DNA of 64,000 bases, taken from IMG/VR virus record IMGVR_UViG_3300005573_000061; one strand, given 5' to 3'. The translations under genes and the position numbers were made by a program. Positions 1-9,917 of the stretch are shown piece after piece. The stretch's first letter is position 1. Each line of letters begins with the position of its first letter. The stretch comes from an uncultured virus (IMG/VR IMGVR_UViG_3300005573_000061). Taxonomy: Duplodnaviria > Heunggongvirae > Uroviricota > Caudoviricetes. The notes under the pieces were generated by a model that had not been told where the DNA came from, ran no database searches, and saw only the letters and a list, made by a program, of their open reading frames with translations.

Positions 1-2123
1 TAACGTGGCCGAGCGGCTGCGTTTCCAGCTAGGCGGGTTGGACCCGTCCAATTGCCATACACACCACCGGCGACCAAAACCTTAGGATTAAGAGCAAACA
101 TTTGACGCACCTTGAATACTTCTAACATTTGAGTGTATTCCTCTTCTTCGGTACGCAAAATTTCACCCCAGCGTTGCATATAGTCTCGTCTAGACATACG
201 AGCCGCTGTAGATCCTTCTACCTGAGGTTCTTCTACATACACTCTCATGAGATGCTTGATTACATCAATGGTCAATCCTGAAATCAAAAGTCCAGACCAC
301 TGATAATATGGGAATGCAGGCCCAGATGGAATTTCTGGGGTTGCAGGGACCGTCCCCGGTGCCCCAGGAGTGTTAGCGTATGATGGGGTACCATAAGGAG
401 GCCATGGAGGAGATGTACCAGGAGGCATAGAAGGAGGAGATGTGCCTGGACCAAAGGTCCCCGAAGATCCGGGCAACGGAGGCTCATTACTTTCAGTCCA
501 TGCATTACCTGCTGTAAGACTCCAACTATTTACTGGCTGCCCTTGGATATTGATTGTTTGTAGTCGCATGTACAAAAGTTGAGCTAAACGACCACGATCA
601 AAGTGAGACTGGAAATAGCTTCTTACGTTGGGTCCTCCGAATTCAGAGTCGTACCCGTCACAATTGCCAGTAAAAAATACCGTACCATGCCTACGAGCTA
701 ACCACGTATGATTCTCTGTGGTGGGACACCATATCTTTCCTGTATAAGACGTTATGGTAGCGTCTTTTTGATGGAACCTAGCCAATGAACTATGTTCAAC
801 TGTCGTGTTATATTTTTTATAAGAGACATCTTTATAAACTTCATTATATGTACGTCTGCGAGGAGTTTTTCCAGCCAGAATACAGGCAACATCAAATGCG
901 TCTAAACGATCTTTAGAATTATGTGAGTCACCTTGGTTTTCACGATAATCGGATTGAGAAATTTGCCAACTATTAAGTTTATTGATGTGGCTGTCCCCAC
1001 TCATAGAGGTGTGGATTAAAAGCAACAATTGCGCTTGTGTTAATTGAGATAGAAACTCAATAGATATTACTTTGTTGGGGGCAACCTCAAGTAAATCCTT
1101 AGATGCCGCAGCGTTGAGTGTGAAAGAAATATGTGTTTTATCATTTCTTTCACTCCATGATGGCACAGAGTTATAGATTTTTTGATCAGATGGACGCTGT
1201 TCTCCAAATAGCTGAGTTAGACTATTTCTTATACGGTCCACATTTTGCGGATTTACTGTTTGAGATTGACCTATATGAATAATTTGTGGTTCTGTTGGTT
1301 TTGTAATAATAGAACCTTCGGTCCAAAACCAACCAACTAATTCAACGAAGGCATCATCGTACTTAGCAATAGATGGCGAATCATGTAAGGCAGACGTAAT
1401 AATACCATCGTTGGTATTGAGTTCGTAGCTTTGTTTCCAGACTCTTTCGTATCCAATGATGCCATCACCCTTCTTTCGCTTGGTATGCAAGGTGGGCCAC
1501 TTATGCCACAGAGTGGTTAATGATGAATGATTTTGCTTCTCCAAGGAAAGCATTGGTTCATCGATTACATCCATGGTATGAATATGAGTTACGGGTTGCC
1601 ACTCGGAAATTCCGGTGAGATGATTGAGGGTGAGTGTTTCGTCCCCCACTTTTAGTGTTTCGAAATTTTTCCAACCATTCTTGGTTAAAATCTCAGTTTC
1701 TTCATCAACACAAAATTTTGACCACACAAGATCAATAATGAATTTAGCTTCTGGAGCTAGCTGGTCATAAGCAGGGTTATAATTACCAATCTCAATTGGG
1801 GTCATAAATACATCAGGCACCCCATTGATTTGATATGCCCACGCTAGATGATAATGACCCGGACTGGCAGTATCTTGTGAAAGGAAATTATAGGTATAAG
1901 TCCCAATAGTTTGACGAATGGCTTGTCTGCCAGCAAAAACCGGTTGAGCATCCGGCTCATCCGGAAGAAACGATATCATGACGATATTGTTATCAGGATC
2001 AGTGGGGACTCCCGCTACATTGATGAATACACCCACTTGATTGGTAGACTGGGCGGACACATACATATAGTCCTGAAAATTAGCCGGTGGATTGCCAGGA
2101 GTAATCATAGGCATGCTTGACAT
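1..2123 (-). CDS. Virion structural protein (neck/head-tail adaptor-like) containing an intein; runs off the left edge
   Basis: Not in the ORF track because there is no stop in the window. Manual translation of both exteins and the intein ends from ATG 2123: MSSMPMITPGNPPANFQDY...LVWSKF|intein|CDGYDSEFGGPNV...RMSRRDYMQRW...NPKVLVAGGVYG. Lies downstream of the capsid gene. Confidence 0.75.
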   Translation of the reverse strand, partial: MSSMPMITPGNPPANFQDYMYVSAQSTNQVGVFINVAGVPTDPDNNIVMISFLPDEPDAQPVFAGRQAIRQTIGTYTYNFLSQDTASPGHYHLAWAYQINGVPDVFMTPIEIGNYNPAYDQLAPEAKFIIDLVWSKFCVDEETEILTKNGWKNFETLKVGDETLTLNHLTGISEWQPVTHIHTMDVIDEPMLSLEKQNHSSLTTLWHKWPTLHTKRKKGDGIIGYERVWKQSYELNTNDGIITSALHDSPSIAKYDDAFVELVGWFWTEGSIITKPTEPQIIHIGQSQTVNPQNVDRIRNSLTQLFGEQRPSDQKIYNSVPSWSERNDKTHISFTLNAAASKDLLEVAPNKVISIEFLSQLTQAQLLLLIHTSMSGDSHINKLNSWQISQSDYRENQGDSHNSKDRLDAFDVACILAGKTPRRRTYNEVYKDVSYKKYNTTVEHSSLARFHQKDATITSYTGKIWCPTTENHTWLARRHGTVFFTGNCDGYDSEFGGPNVRSYFQSHFDRGRLAQLLYMRLQTINIQGQPVNSWSLTAGNAWTESNEPPLPGSSGTFGPGTSPPSMPPGTSPPWPPYGTPSYANTPGAPGTVPATPEIPSGPAFPYYQWSGLLISGLTIDVIKHLMRVYVEEPQVEGSTAARMSRRDYMQRWGEILRTEEEEYTQMLEVFKVRQMFALNPKVLVAGGVYGNWTGPTRLAGNAAARPR
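663..1712 (-). mobile_element. Intein 1 (~350 aa) with LAGLIDADG-type homing endonuclease
   Basis: Starts CVDEETEILTKNGWK, contains LVGWFWTEGS, ends IWCPTTENHTWLARRHGTVFFTGN followed by Cys. Confidence 0.9.
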
Positions 2124-2134
2124 AATTTACTCCT

Positions 2135-2842
2135 TTACAATTCAATGACTGTCAGAGAAACTGGTCTATTGGCTGCTGCTGTTAACTGAGCCGTACCACC
2201 CGCTGTAGGATCAGCGGCAAAACATAATGAATAGGTTGCACTGGCAGCATTTGGAATATCAAAAGTTGTAAAATTGCCGGGCGTTCCAGCTTTCGTACTG
2301 TTACCCGATCCGGTTTGTTGTGTGGTCCAAACAGGATATGAATTCAAAATGGCGCTAGAGCCGCCCACGGTCTTAGTCAAAACAATATAGCTGAGTCCCG
2401 AAGCATTTGTAACCTCAGGAATTTCAGCCACTACCATCAATTGACGAGCACCATTTGGTACCGTTACTGTCTCGGAAATTGCCGTAAAATAGGTTCCACC
2501 TACGCTAGGATTCCAAGTATCAGTGGTGGTGAGTGTGGTAGTGGTTACAACACGCCCCAGAGAGCCTGTACCATTTGTTCTAACGAACGCTGAGCCATTC
2601 CATTGCCAAGTAAGACCAGTGTCAGTTTCAACGATTTTCTGGCCCTCCTGAGCGGCACCCCAGGCACCTGGAATACCCCCCACCCCGGCGCCGCCGCTTG
2701 CGCCAGGACGAGTGGTTGATGTACAAACAAAAGTACCTCGGTACAAATCTGTTAGCTGAAAATTGTCATTTAGTTGAGCGGTGCTGAATTCGTCAGATGT
2801 TGCCCAAACATAAAAGCCAATATTGTTGCTGAAGGATGCCAT
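2135..2842 (-). CDS. Putative virion structural/fibre-type protein
   Basis: 235-aa Thr/Gly-rich ORF with ETDTG..WQWNG motif, in the structural operon. Confidence 0.6.
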   Translation of the reverse strand: MASFSNNIGFYVWATSDEFSTAQLNDNFQLTDLYRGTFVCTSTTRPGASGGAGVGGIPGAWGAAQEGQKIVETDTGLTWQWNGSAFVRTNGTGSLGRVVTTTTLTTTDTWNPSVGGTYFTAISETVTVPNGARQLMVVAEIPEVTNASGLSYIVLTKTVGGSSAILNSYPVWTTQQTGSGNSTKAGTPGNFTTFDIPNAASATYSLCFAADPTAGGTAQLTAAANRPVSLTVIEL

Positions 2843-2850
2843 TCGCTACT

Positions 2851-3318
2851 TTACTTGCTAGATCCGTCATCACCTGAAGTGATACTTCTTAGGGTATCAG
2901 AAAATGATGTTAAATTCTCTGCAATATCGGATTTTGGAACAGATTCAGTAACCTTGGCTGAAAAATTAGTTAGATTCTCAGCTACACTATCCGTATCTAC
3001 ATTGGCGCTTTCAGCAAGCTCTTCGTTATGAGCCTCAATCAAATCAACTTGTAGAGCAGGCTTAGGATGAATTTGTTCCCACCCCGGACGAGCAGCCGGA
3101 TTGGTTGGAACCAAACGACGCTTGAATGTACCGCTATAGTCCGATACGTTATAGCCCGTATGGGCGGCGCTTACCCCATCGGTACGAACCGTACCAACAT
3201 CCAAAGGATTTGGGCGGAAATTTGGATCCACTACATATCCAATGGGAGTACCACGAATCTCTTTAGGAAGAGACTCATCGTCTTCGGGGAATTTTGGTTG
3301 TACCCAATTTTGTGCCAT
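2851..3318 (-). CDS. Hypothetical protein (structural module)
   Basis: 155-aa ORF tightly packed in the operon. Confidence 0.6.
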   Translation of the reverse strand: MAQNWVQPKFPEDDESLPKEIRGTPIGYVVDPNFRPNPLDVGTVRTDGVSAAHTGYNVSDYSGTFKRRLVPTNPAARPGWEQIHPKPALQVDLIEAHNEELAESANVDTDSVAENLTNFSAKVTESVPKSDIAENLTSFSDTLRSITSGDDGSSK

Positions 3319-3327
3319 TTTATATCC

Positions 3328-3840
3328 TTAGTCTACTTGGTTTCTTCCAGCCATAGTTGCTCTTACCCAGCGTTCTTCACCATTTTCGTCAACCACAGGA
3401 GCATATGTAGTAGCTAAATGCTTGTGGGATTGGCACAAAGGAGGCTGATTCTTAGATGTACCAGTAAGAATTACACCCGCTCCACAAGGTTGACCCTGAG
3501 GACCAGGACCAATACAAGGGACGGCTGCCATAGAACGCTCTGAGGTTCTATCAATTACTGACTCGGTAGCTGCAAAAACAGCACTACGTTGATCCTGCCA
3601 ACGCTGACCCTGATCCATAAATCTTTGATCTGTATTTTCGTCAATGAGACGAAAAATACCACGAGAGACGGCCTTACGAAATGGTGGCTGCTTGGTTAGA
3701 TCCTCGGGCACCTCTTGATAATCGGTACCGTCAGGATGACCGCTCTCGCCCCATTCATAAGGGATCTTACGATTACCAGCTTCATCGGTATAAACCGATG
3801 GACCAGCGTGAAGGTTTTGGACTAGGATCGTACCAGACAT
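3328..3840 (-). CDS. Hypothetical phage protein with C-terminal Cys/His cluster
   Basis: 170-aa ORF with GAGG RBS; C..C..CQSH pattern. Confidence 0.65.
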   Translation of the reverse strand: MSGTILVQNLHAGPSVYTDEAGNRKIPYEWGESGHPDGTDYQEVPEDLTKQPPFRKAVSRGIFRLIDENTDQRFMDQGQRWQDQRSAVFAATESVIDRTSERSMAAVPCIGPGPQGQPCGAGVILTGTSKNQPPLCQSHKHLATTYAPVVDENGEERWVRATMAGRNQVD

Positions 3841-3909
3841 AAGACATACCTCTGTTCGAAATTTTGATTACTTACGTCCTTTATTTGCTCTCATACATCT
3901 TCTAACAGG

Positions 3910-3945
3910 AAAAGCAAAGGTCCCGCCAATTTCGACGGGACCTTC
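3910..3945 (-). terminator. Rho-independent terminator
   Basis: Minus strand GAAGGTCCCGTCGAAATTGGCGGGACCTTTGCTTTT: hairpin plus U-rich tail. Confidence 0.7.
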
Positions 3946-4119
3946 ACCATATTTTAGATTTTAGGGCAGATCATGACCTAAGACGGGTAAGAAGGACTAA
4001 AGACCAGGAGCGACCACCGCAGACCTGCCAGCCGTCAGACACCTGATGGCGCCCCCGAATGCGGTGGGGAAGCCACACCCGCCAGTGCTTGAGCATCAGC
4101 CCACCGGTCCCAAGAGCGA

Positions 4120-4707
4120 TTAGGCGAGAGCCTTACCCTGACCGCTTAGGTTGGTAACAAGATTATTTACTGTAGTCCACAAAGCGGCTACGTCAGCCTG
4201 AAGAGCATTGAATTCAGCCTCTGTAGGAGCAGCAGTCACCTGAGCCGAAGTCAAGGCAGCAGGAGCAGCAACAGTAGATCCTTGAGTAGTTACCTGATCT
4301 CCACCAACACCAACTACGCCATTATCGGTCAAAGGAGTAACTAAACCGGCGGTAGCAGCCGTGGTAAATGAATAGGTTGGGTTAGCAGGCTCAACCGGGA
4401 TATTTACCGAAGACGCAGTAGCCGTAACCGCATAAGAAACCGTGAAAGTCTGGGTATGTCCCGAATCGGTAAGAGTAAACTGCTCACCAGGATTCACATT
4501 GACAGACAAAGAGCCAAGAGAAACCTCAGCAACAACGGTACCAGCTACCAAAGCTGTAGCAAGAGTACCCAGGTTCGTAGGTGTATAAGAAAGTGGATTT
4601 AGTTGAGCAAATTCTTCGTCCGAAAGAACCGCTGACTGACCTGCCTGGTAGTAGAAACCATTTGGCAAGTTAGTGTTATTTACATTTACCGTAACCTTGT
4701 GGGCCAT
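4120..4707 (-). CDS. Putative head fibre/decoration protein
   Basis: 195 aa; C-terminal APTEAEFNALQADV..L motif typical of head-fibre trimerisation segments. Confidence 0.6.
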   Translation of the reverse strand: MAHKVTVNVNNTNLPNGFYYQAGQSAVLSDEEFAQLNPLSYTPTNLGTLATALVAGTVVAEVSLGSLSVNVNPGEQFTLTDSGHTQTFTVSYAVTATASSVNIPVEPANPTYSFTTAATAGLVTPLTDNGVVGVGGDQVTTQGSTVAAPAALTSAQVTAAPTEAEFNALQADVAALWTTVNNLVTNLSGQGKALA

Positions 4708-4788
4708 TCCTAGCTCCTAAAATCAAAAAAAGAGTATTCCACGCTTTAGTTGGCGTGGATGAGATTGGGACAGTATTTCCAAGACTAA

Positions 4789-5190
4789 TTAATTGATCCC
4801 GTCCACCGTCAAATGGGCGACGATCGCTTGCATAGCGGAGCCGAGACCGTCGGAGAGGATGCGGCCGATGATGGCCTGTTGTTCGGCTGCGGTCAGGTTC
4901 GCCCAGCCGGTCTGGGTCACAGAAGCGATATCGGCTTCCAGTTGGGTTTGGAGAGCCGACTGTTTGGAAAGGAGAGTCTGGAGGGTGGTGAGGGCCGTTT
5001 CTTGGGACGGGGGGGCGTAGGTAATCATCGCCAACGCCGACTCGATCTGAGTGTCGGTGACCACTTCGTTGGTACACCAGATAGTGGCTCCGGACTGAGA
5101 GAGATCCCCGGCCGCTGCAAGCACAGCGGGAGCAGCTAGTGCCTGGGCGAGTTGGGCCAGGTTGACGGGGCCTGTCGTGGTCACGCTCAT
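4789..5190 (-). CDS. Hypothetical protein in a GC-rich segment next to the scaffold gap
   Basis: Likely start ATG 5190 (MSVTTTGPVNLAQLAQ...), ~133 aa; markedly higher GC than flanks. Confidence 0.6.
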   Translation of the reverse strand: MSVTTTGPVNLAQLAQALAAPAVLAAAGDLSQSGATIWCTNEVVTDTQIESALAMITYAPPSQETALTTLQTLLSKQSALQTQLEADIASVTQTGWANLTAAEQQAIIGRILSDGLGSAMQAIVAHLTVDGIN

Positions 5191-5208
5191 ATCGCCCACA
5201 CCGCCATG

Positions 5209-6021
5209 NNNNNNNNNNNNNNNNNNNNNNNNNNNNNNNNNNNNNNNNNNNNNNNNNNNNNNNNNNNNNNNNNNNNNNNNNNNNNNNNNNNNNNNNNNNN
5301 NNNNNNNNNNNNNNNNNNNNNNNNNNNNNNNNNNNNNNNNNNNNNNNNNNNNNNNNNNNNNNNNNNNNNNNNNNNNNNNNNNNNNNNNNNNNNNNNNNNN
5401 NNNNNNNNNNNNNNNNNNNNNNNNNNNNNNNNNNNNNNNNNNNNNNNNNNNNNNNNNNNNNNNNNNNNNNNNNNNNNNNNNNNNNNNNNNNNNNNNNNNN
5501 NNNNNNNNNNNNNNNNNNNNNNNNNNNNNNNNNNNNNNNNNNNNNNNNNNNNNNNNNNNNNNNNNNNNNNNNNNNNNNNNNNNNNNNNNNNNNNNNNNNN
5601 NNNNNNNNNNNNNNNNNNNNNNNNNNNNNNNNNNNNNNNNNNNNNNNNNNNNNNNNNNNNNNNNNNNNNNNNNNNNNNNNNNNNNNNNNNNNNNNNNNNN
5701 NNNNNNNNNNNNNNNNNNNNNNNNNNNNNNNNNNNNNNNNNNNNNNNNNNNNNNNNNNNNNNNNNNNNNNNNNNNNNNNNNNNNNNNNNNNNNNNNNNNN
5801 NNNNNNNNNNNNNNNNNNNNNNNNNNNNNNNNNNNNNNNNNNNNNNNNNNNNNNNNNNNNNNNNNNNNNNNNNNNNNNNNNNNNNNNNNNNNNNNNNNNN
5901 NNNNNNNNNNNNNNNNNNNNNNNNNNNNNNNNNNNNNNNNNNNNNNNNNNNNNNNNNNNNNNNNNNNNNNNNNNNNNNNNNNNNNNNNNNNNNNNNNNNN
6001 NNNNNNNNNNNNNNNNNNNNN
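5209..6021. other. Assembly gap (N run)
   Basis: Run of N characters. Confidence 0.99.
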
Positions 6022-6171
6022 GAGAACATCAATCGCCATGCGAGGTCCTTTCCAATTGACCATTTGGCAAAACCAAAAGTCCACTTGAATCCGGTAAATT
6101 TGAGGTAACGGTAACAGAATGTGGCATGATATTCTCCAACCATTTGTTGGCCTCATAAAAGATTAGACAGT

Positions 6172-7459
6172 TTATGGTTCTTGCTGTACCAATATTGGGT
6201 ATAGTGCAGAATTCAGGTAGTTTTGACGAATCACAGTCAAAGGAAGAGGGATGATGTACTTGGTATTCGGGCTCCCATTGACAGCCGTAATTTCCAGGTA
6301 GGATGCATCTCCAACACTAATCACATTGAATGTAGCAATAAGATCAATTTCCCCTAAACCACCGCTATGTATGACATATGCATAGGATGTAGCCTGTGTA
6401 TTAGGAGCAGAAATAAATCCACTAGAGGTAACGCTCGCAGACCCCCGAGATACCCCCAAAATATTGAATATGTAGTATCCTCCTCCGGATGGAATTTGGA
6501 TCGCATATAGAGTGCTTGGAGAAGCAAGATCAATAAATGATTGTGCATCTGCGGTCACAGCAGACTGAGAAGATCCCTGAAGATCAATCAGTACCGGAGC
6601 CGTATTTGAGCAAGTCACTTTTGAGGCACTATTTAGGTCTACAAAAGCGGTCATGCTATCTTCTAGCTCGACCTCATCTATTGTAGCCTGAGCATTTAAT
6701 GTAAGCGCTCCTGAGCCTTCGTTATTGGTTTCTGCACTGGCTGTAGCAGTAGCCAAAACTATAGATCCAGATGCAATTCCATTTTCATTGCCCAATCCAA
6801 TATGACTGGCAGAAATTAGAACAACTGCACCTCCGGCTGTATCCAGCGCTGAGTTGTAAGCACTATTAGATACTAGGCTGATAGATCCAGTACCACCATC
6901 AAATTTATTGTAGTTATTGACGGCTCCGGATGTGAAGCCTATTGTATTAGATGCATTGACCGTAGTAGTAACCACAGCATTGGCTACGATAGATAGAGAT
7001 TGCGTAGCTGTTTTGGGTACCGAAATTTGGTTTACGATAGCTGCATTGAGAGTAAGAGATGCCCCCGCAATCTCATCACCACTAGCTACAGCGCCCTCAG
7101 ATACCGTTACACTTCCTGGTGCTACGACCGCAACGGTTTCATTAGCTGATTCACTGATATTAATATCACCTGCACCTGAAGTCGTCAGATGAGGAATGAC
7201 ACCACTAGCAAATGAGATGGTGGCTGATCCAGAGTTATTTACAGTAAATGTAGCTATAGGGCCGTAAGGAGATCCACCATCAACAGCTTGACCGTAAGTA
7301 TCTACTCCTTGGAATGCTTCTAATAAAATAGAGGCAGATGCGTTTAAAACATTGATAGCATTAAAATCAATGAAAGCAGATGCCTGTACAATATAGTTAA
7401 GATTTGTGGATACTGAATTTGGCTGGGCTGCTAGAGTTCCTTAAAATATCGAGTGCCAT
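6172..7459 (-). CDS. Ser/Thr/Ala-rich virion protein with an apparent +1 frameshift near its 5' end
   Basis: The 6172..6975 frame stays open to 7440 with no start codon; an RBS (GGAG) plus ATG at 7459 lies one base out of frame. Confidence 0.6.
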
Positions 7460-7472
7460 TTAATACTCCGAA

Positions 7473-7829
7473 TTACGATGCGCCTAGAGTCAAACCACCA
7501 GCAGCGATCGTTAGGGTACCAGCAGTATTAAAAGTCTGAGATGAAGACAATGCTCCACCTACCGCATAGGTGCCAGAAGTACCAGCAGACCAAAGACCGA
7601 AATAGGCTACAGTGGTTCCAGCAGGTACATTAATAGTCAAAGCGTTGGTATTTGCCATAGATCCACCAGACGCAGCACCCCAAGTCACTGCAACACGGGC
7701 GTAGGACCCTCCAGAAATCTCTGAGGCGCCCGTAGTACCCGGATCGGCTGAGTGTAGGGAAATATAAGCACAAGGCGTCTGAAGGGCAGTCAGAGCATCA
7801 TTTTCAGCAGTTACAGAAGCACGGGCCAT
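7473..7829 (-). CDS. Small virion structural protein (tail-associated family)
   Basis: YISLHSADPG..GASEISGGSYAR motif common in phage tail-associated proteins. Confidence 0.7.
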   Translation of the reverse strand: MARASVTAENDALTALQTPCAYISLHSADPGTTGASEISGGSYARVAVTWGAASGGSMANTNALTINVPAGTTVAYFGLWSAGTSGTYAVGGALSSSQTFNTAGTLTIAAGGLTLGAS

Positions 7830-8096
7830 AAAGTACCTTTCAAAAGTTTGAATTCAATCTTTCGATGCTCTGATTACCCCACTAACAGGTTTTAAAGCAA
7901 ACGAAACAAAACAACAATAAGGATGATAAGAATCAGAAGTCCAATAATTCCGCCAAGCCCCATAATGCCATCCTAAAAAAATACGGTGGGGTCCGAACCT
8001 TCGAAATAGGACCACCACAGACTAAGACGAAGTGACACACCCACCGTAAGACTTATGTTTTCACTCTTTAGCTGGTCTGAATGAAAACTAGACAGT

Positions 8097-8132
8097 AAGA
8101 AAGGCTCCCCCAAGGAAAAGGAGCCTTTCTTA
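8097..8132 (-). terminator. Terminator downstream of the capsid gene
   Basis: AAGAAAGGCTCC / GGAGCCTTTCTT inverted repeat. Confidence 0.7.
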
Positions 8133-8164
8133 ATGTTGCGGCTAGATTATTAAGAGATTTGAAA

Positions 8165-9160
8165 TTATCCCTTGAGTACCGTTGCAATACCACGTGGATT
8201 CAGAATTGCCATCGATACCATTTCATCGAATACCCAACCCTTCCAGAAGGCTTCGACATTGTGATTTTCCTCAACGTCTAGCGAGTAAAGAACTGGGAAT
8301 ACACCGAGGAAGTCAGGGTTAGGTAGCAAGTACATTTGACCCTGAGGTACCATGATAGAACGCTGGAACTGGAATTCACCGAATGTGGTGATCTGCTCAC
8401 CAGCAACGATACGGTCCTTGAATGCCCAACCAGTCGTGTTGATATCCCAACGGAAGAAGTCACGATAATCAAACGGATTGACAAGCATACGACCCGAAGG
8501 CAATTCGTGCATGTCGGTCTGAGCAACAGCGGTATACATCGATTGAGGGGTGAAGTAACCGGAAGCCTCATAAACCGTGTGGTTAGGGGTAACTACGTGG
8601 TCCGGGCGAGTAGCATAGTCAGTCAATGCAGCCTGAAGGATGATCAAAAGGCGACTATCCTCCTGCTTCATGATTGCCTGCTTGGTTTCGTCCTGAGCCT
8701 GCTCTACAGCGTTGATACGCAGATAGAAAAGGTCTTCCTTACGAATAGCAGGACGGGAAGCAATACGCCAGAATCTAATCGGTACACGCTTGCCTTCGAA
8801 TGGGGTTACTCGTACTTCGCCTTCAGTACCAGACATGATATATGCCTGACCCAAGTCATCCCATACATCGTACTCAACCGGGGTACCAGGAGTTACCGGG
8901 TCCTCAATAAGTACGTTACGCAGAATGCCCTGATAACGAAGCTTAAGCTGGATAGGACCAACCATACCCACGCCAAGACGGCGGATACCATTTACTTCGT
9001 CCTGAAGGATCAAAGCAAGCTTCTTTACCTTGGCCTCATGGGTCAAAGTAGGAGCATTGCCGTCTCCACCACGACGACGCAAAATATCTGCAACGTAGTC
9101 GTCGGACTTCTTTGCTGTTCTAGGCTTCAAGCCACTTGCTGCGGCCACTAAATTAGACAT
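8165..9160 (-). CDS. Major capsid protein
   Basis: 331 aa; follows protease/scaffold and decoration genes; ends GWVFDEMVSMAILNPRG; resembles Bxz1-like capsids. Confidence 0.88.
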   Translation of the reverse strand: MSNLVAAASGLKPRTAKKSDDYVADILRRRGGDGNAPTLTHEAKVKKLALILQDEVNGIRRLGVGMVGPIQLKLRYQGILRNVLIEDPVTPGTPVEYDVWDDLGQAYIMSGTEGEVRVTPFEGKRVPIRFWRIASRPAIRKEDLFYLRINAVEQAQDETKQAIMKQEDSRLLIILQAALTDYATRPDHVVTPNHTVYEASGYFTPQSMYTAVAQTDMHELPSGRMLVNPFDYRDFFRWDINTTGWAFKDRIVAGEQITTFGEFQFQRSIMVPQGQMYLLPNPDFLGVFPVLYSLDVEENHNVEAFWKGWVFDEMVSMAILNPRGIATVLKG

Positions 9161-9201
9161 TACTTTTATTTCCTTCTCTTAGATTGACCTGTGGCTTAAA
9201 A

Positions 9202-9837
9202 TTACATTGCGTGACGAGGAGTCAAGCCGCCAATGGTGATGGAGGTTGGGCTGTTCACTGCGATTAGTCGAGCAACAGGCTGTGTAGAAGCATTAGCATC
9301 GGCACTCGTTACAAGCTGACCCTGAAGGCCATAAGTACCGGTGTAATTACCTTCAGCAATAGGACCACCGTAACCATTCAGACCAACAGCATTTGCTAGG
9401 TTAGCGGTACGACCGTAGATAAGAACATCTACACCATTACCTGGATCGGCCCAAGTTAGGCTAGCGTCGAATGCGGGAGCTAGGATTTCAAATTCAGCAT
9501 CGGGATCTAGGGTCCAAATAGCAAGGGCAGAAATACCAGTCTCCAAAAGCTCGTCAACGCCATCTCCACCAATGTATTGACCTACCAAACCAGCAGGCTC
9601 ACCTACACCATTGATTAGAGTGAAGTTTGGTCCACCCTGAGTAGAGCCGAAGGTCTGGTAAGGACCGGTATAACCGGAATAACCACTAGTCTTCATAAAG
9701 ACCATACCGGGCCAGATCGGTACGCTGCGATTCCAAGCTGGATCCAAGAAACCGCTCTTAGGGGTTGCCTGAGTCCAAGCATAATTAGGACGGATCGTGC
9801 GCTTCAAATAGTTTTGATTTAGCTGTACTCTAAGCAT
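9202..9837 (-). CDS. Capsid decoration/minor head protein
   Basis: 211 aa between scaffold and capsid genes. Confidence 0.65.
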   Translation of the reverse strand: MLRVQLNQNYLKRTIRPNYAWTQATPKSGFLDPAWNRSVPIWPGMVFMKTSGYSGYTGPYQTFGSTQGGPNFTLINGVGEPAGLVGQYIGGDGVDELLETGISALAIWTLDPDAEFEILAPAFDASLTWADPGNGVDVLIYGRTANLANAVGLNGYGGPIAEGNYTGTYGLQGQLVTSADANASTQPVARLIAVNSPTSITIGGLTPRHAM

Positions 9838-9917
9838 TTTAATCCTCTCCGAATCGGCTAAACGATCCGTGTAACTTATTCAGCCTTTACTAGGCGTCAG
9901 TAGACTTTTAACAGTGT

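Noticed and set aside
4789..6156. Long ORFs spanning the N run
   Set aside because: Artefacts of translating through the gap
8336..9151. 271-aa plus-strand ORF
   Set aside because: Antisense shadow of the capsid gene with no recognisable motifs
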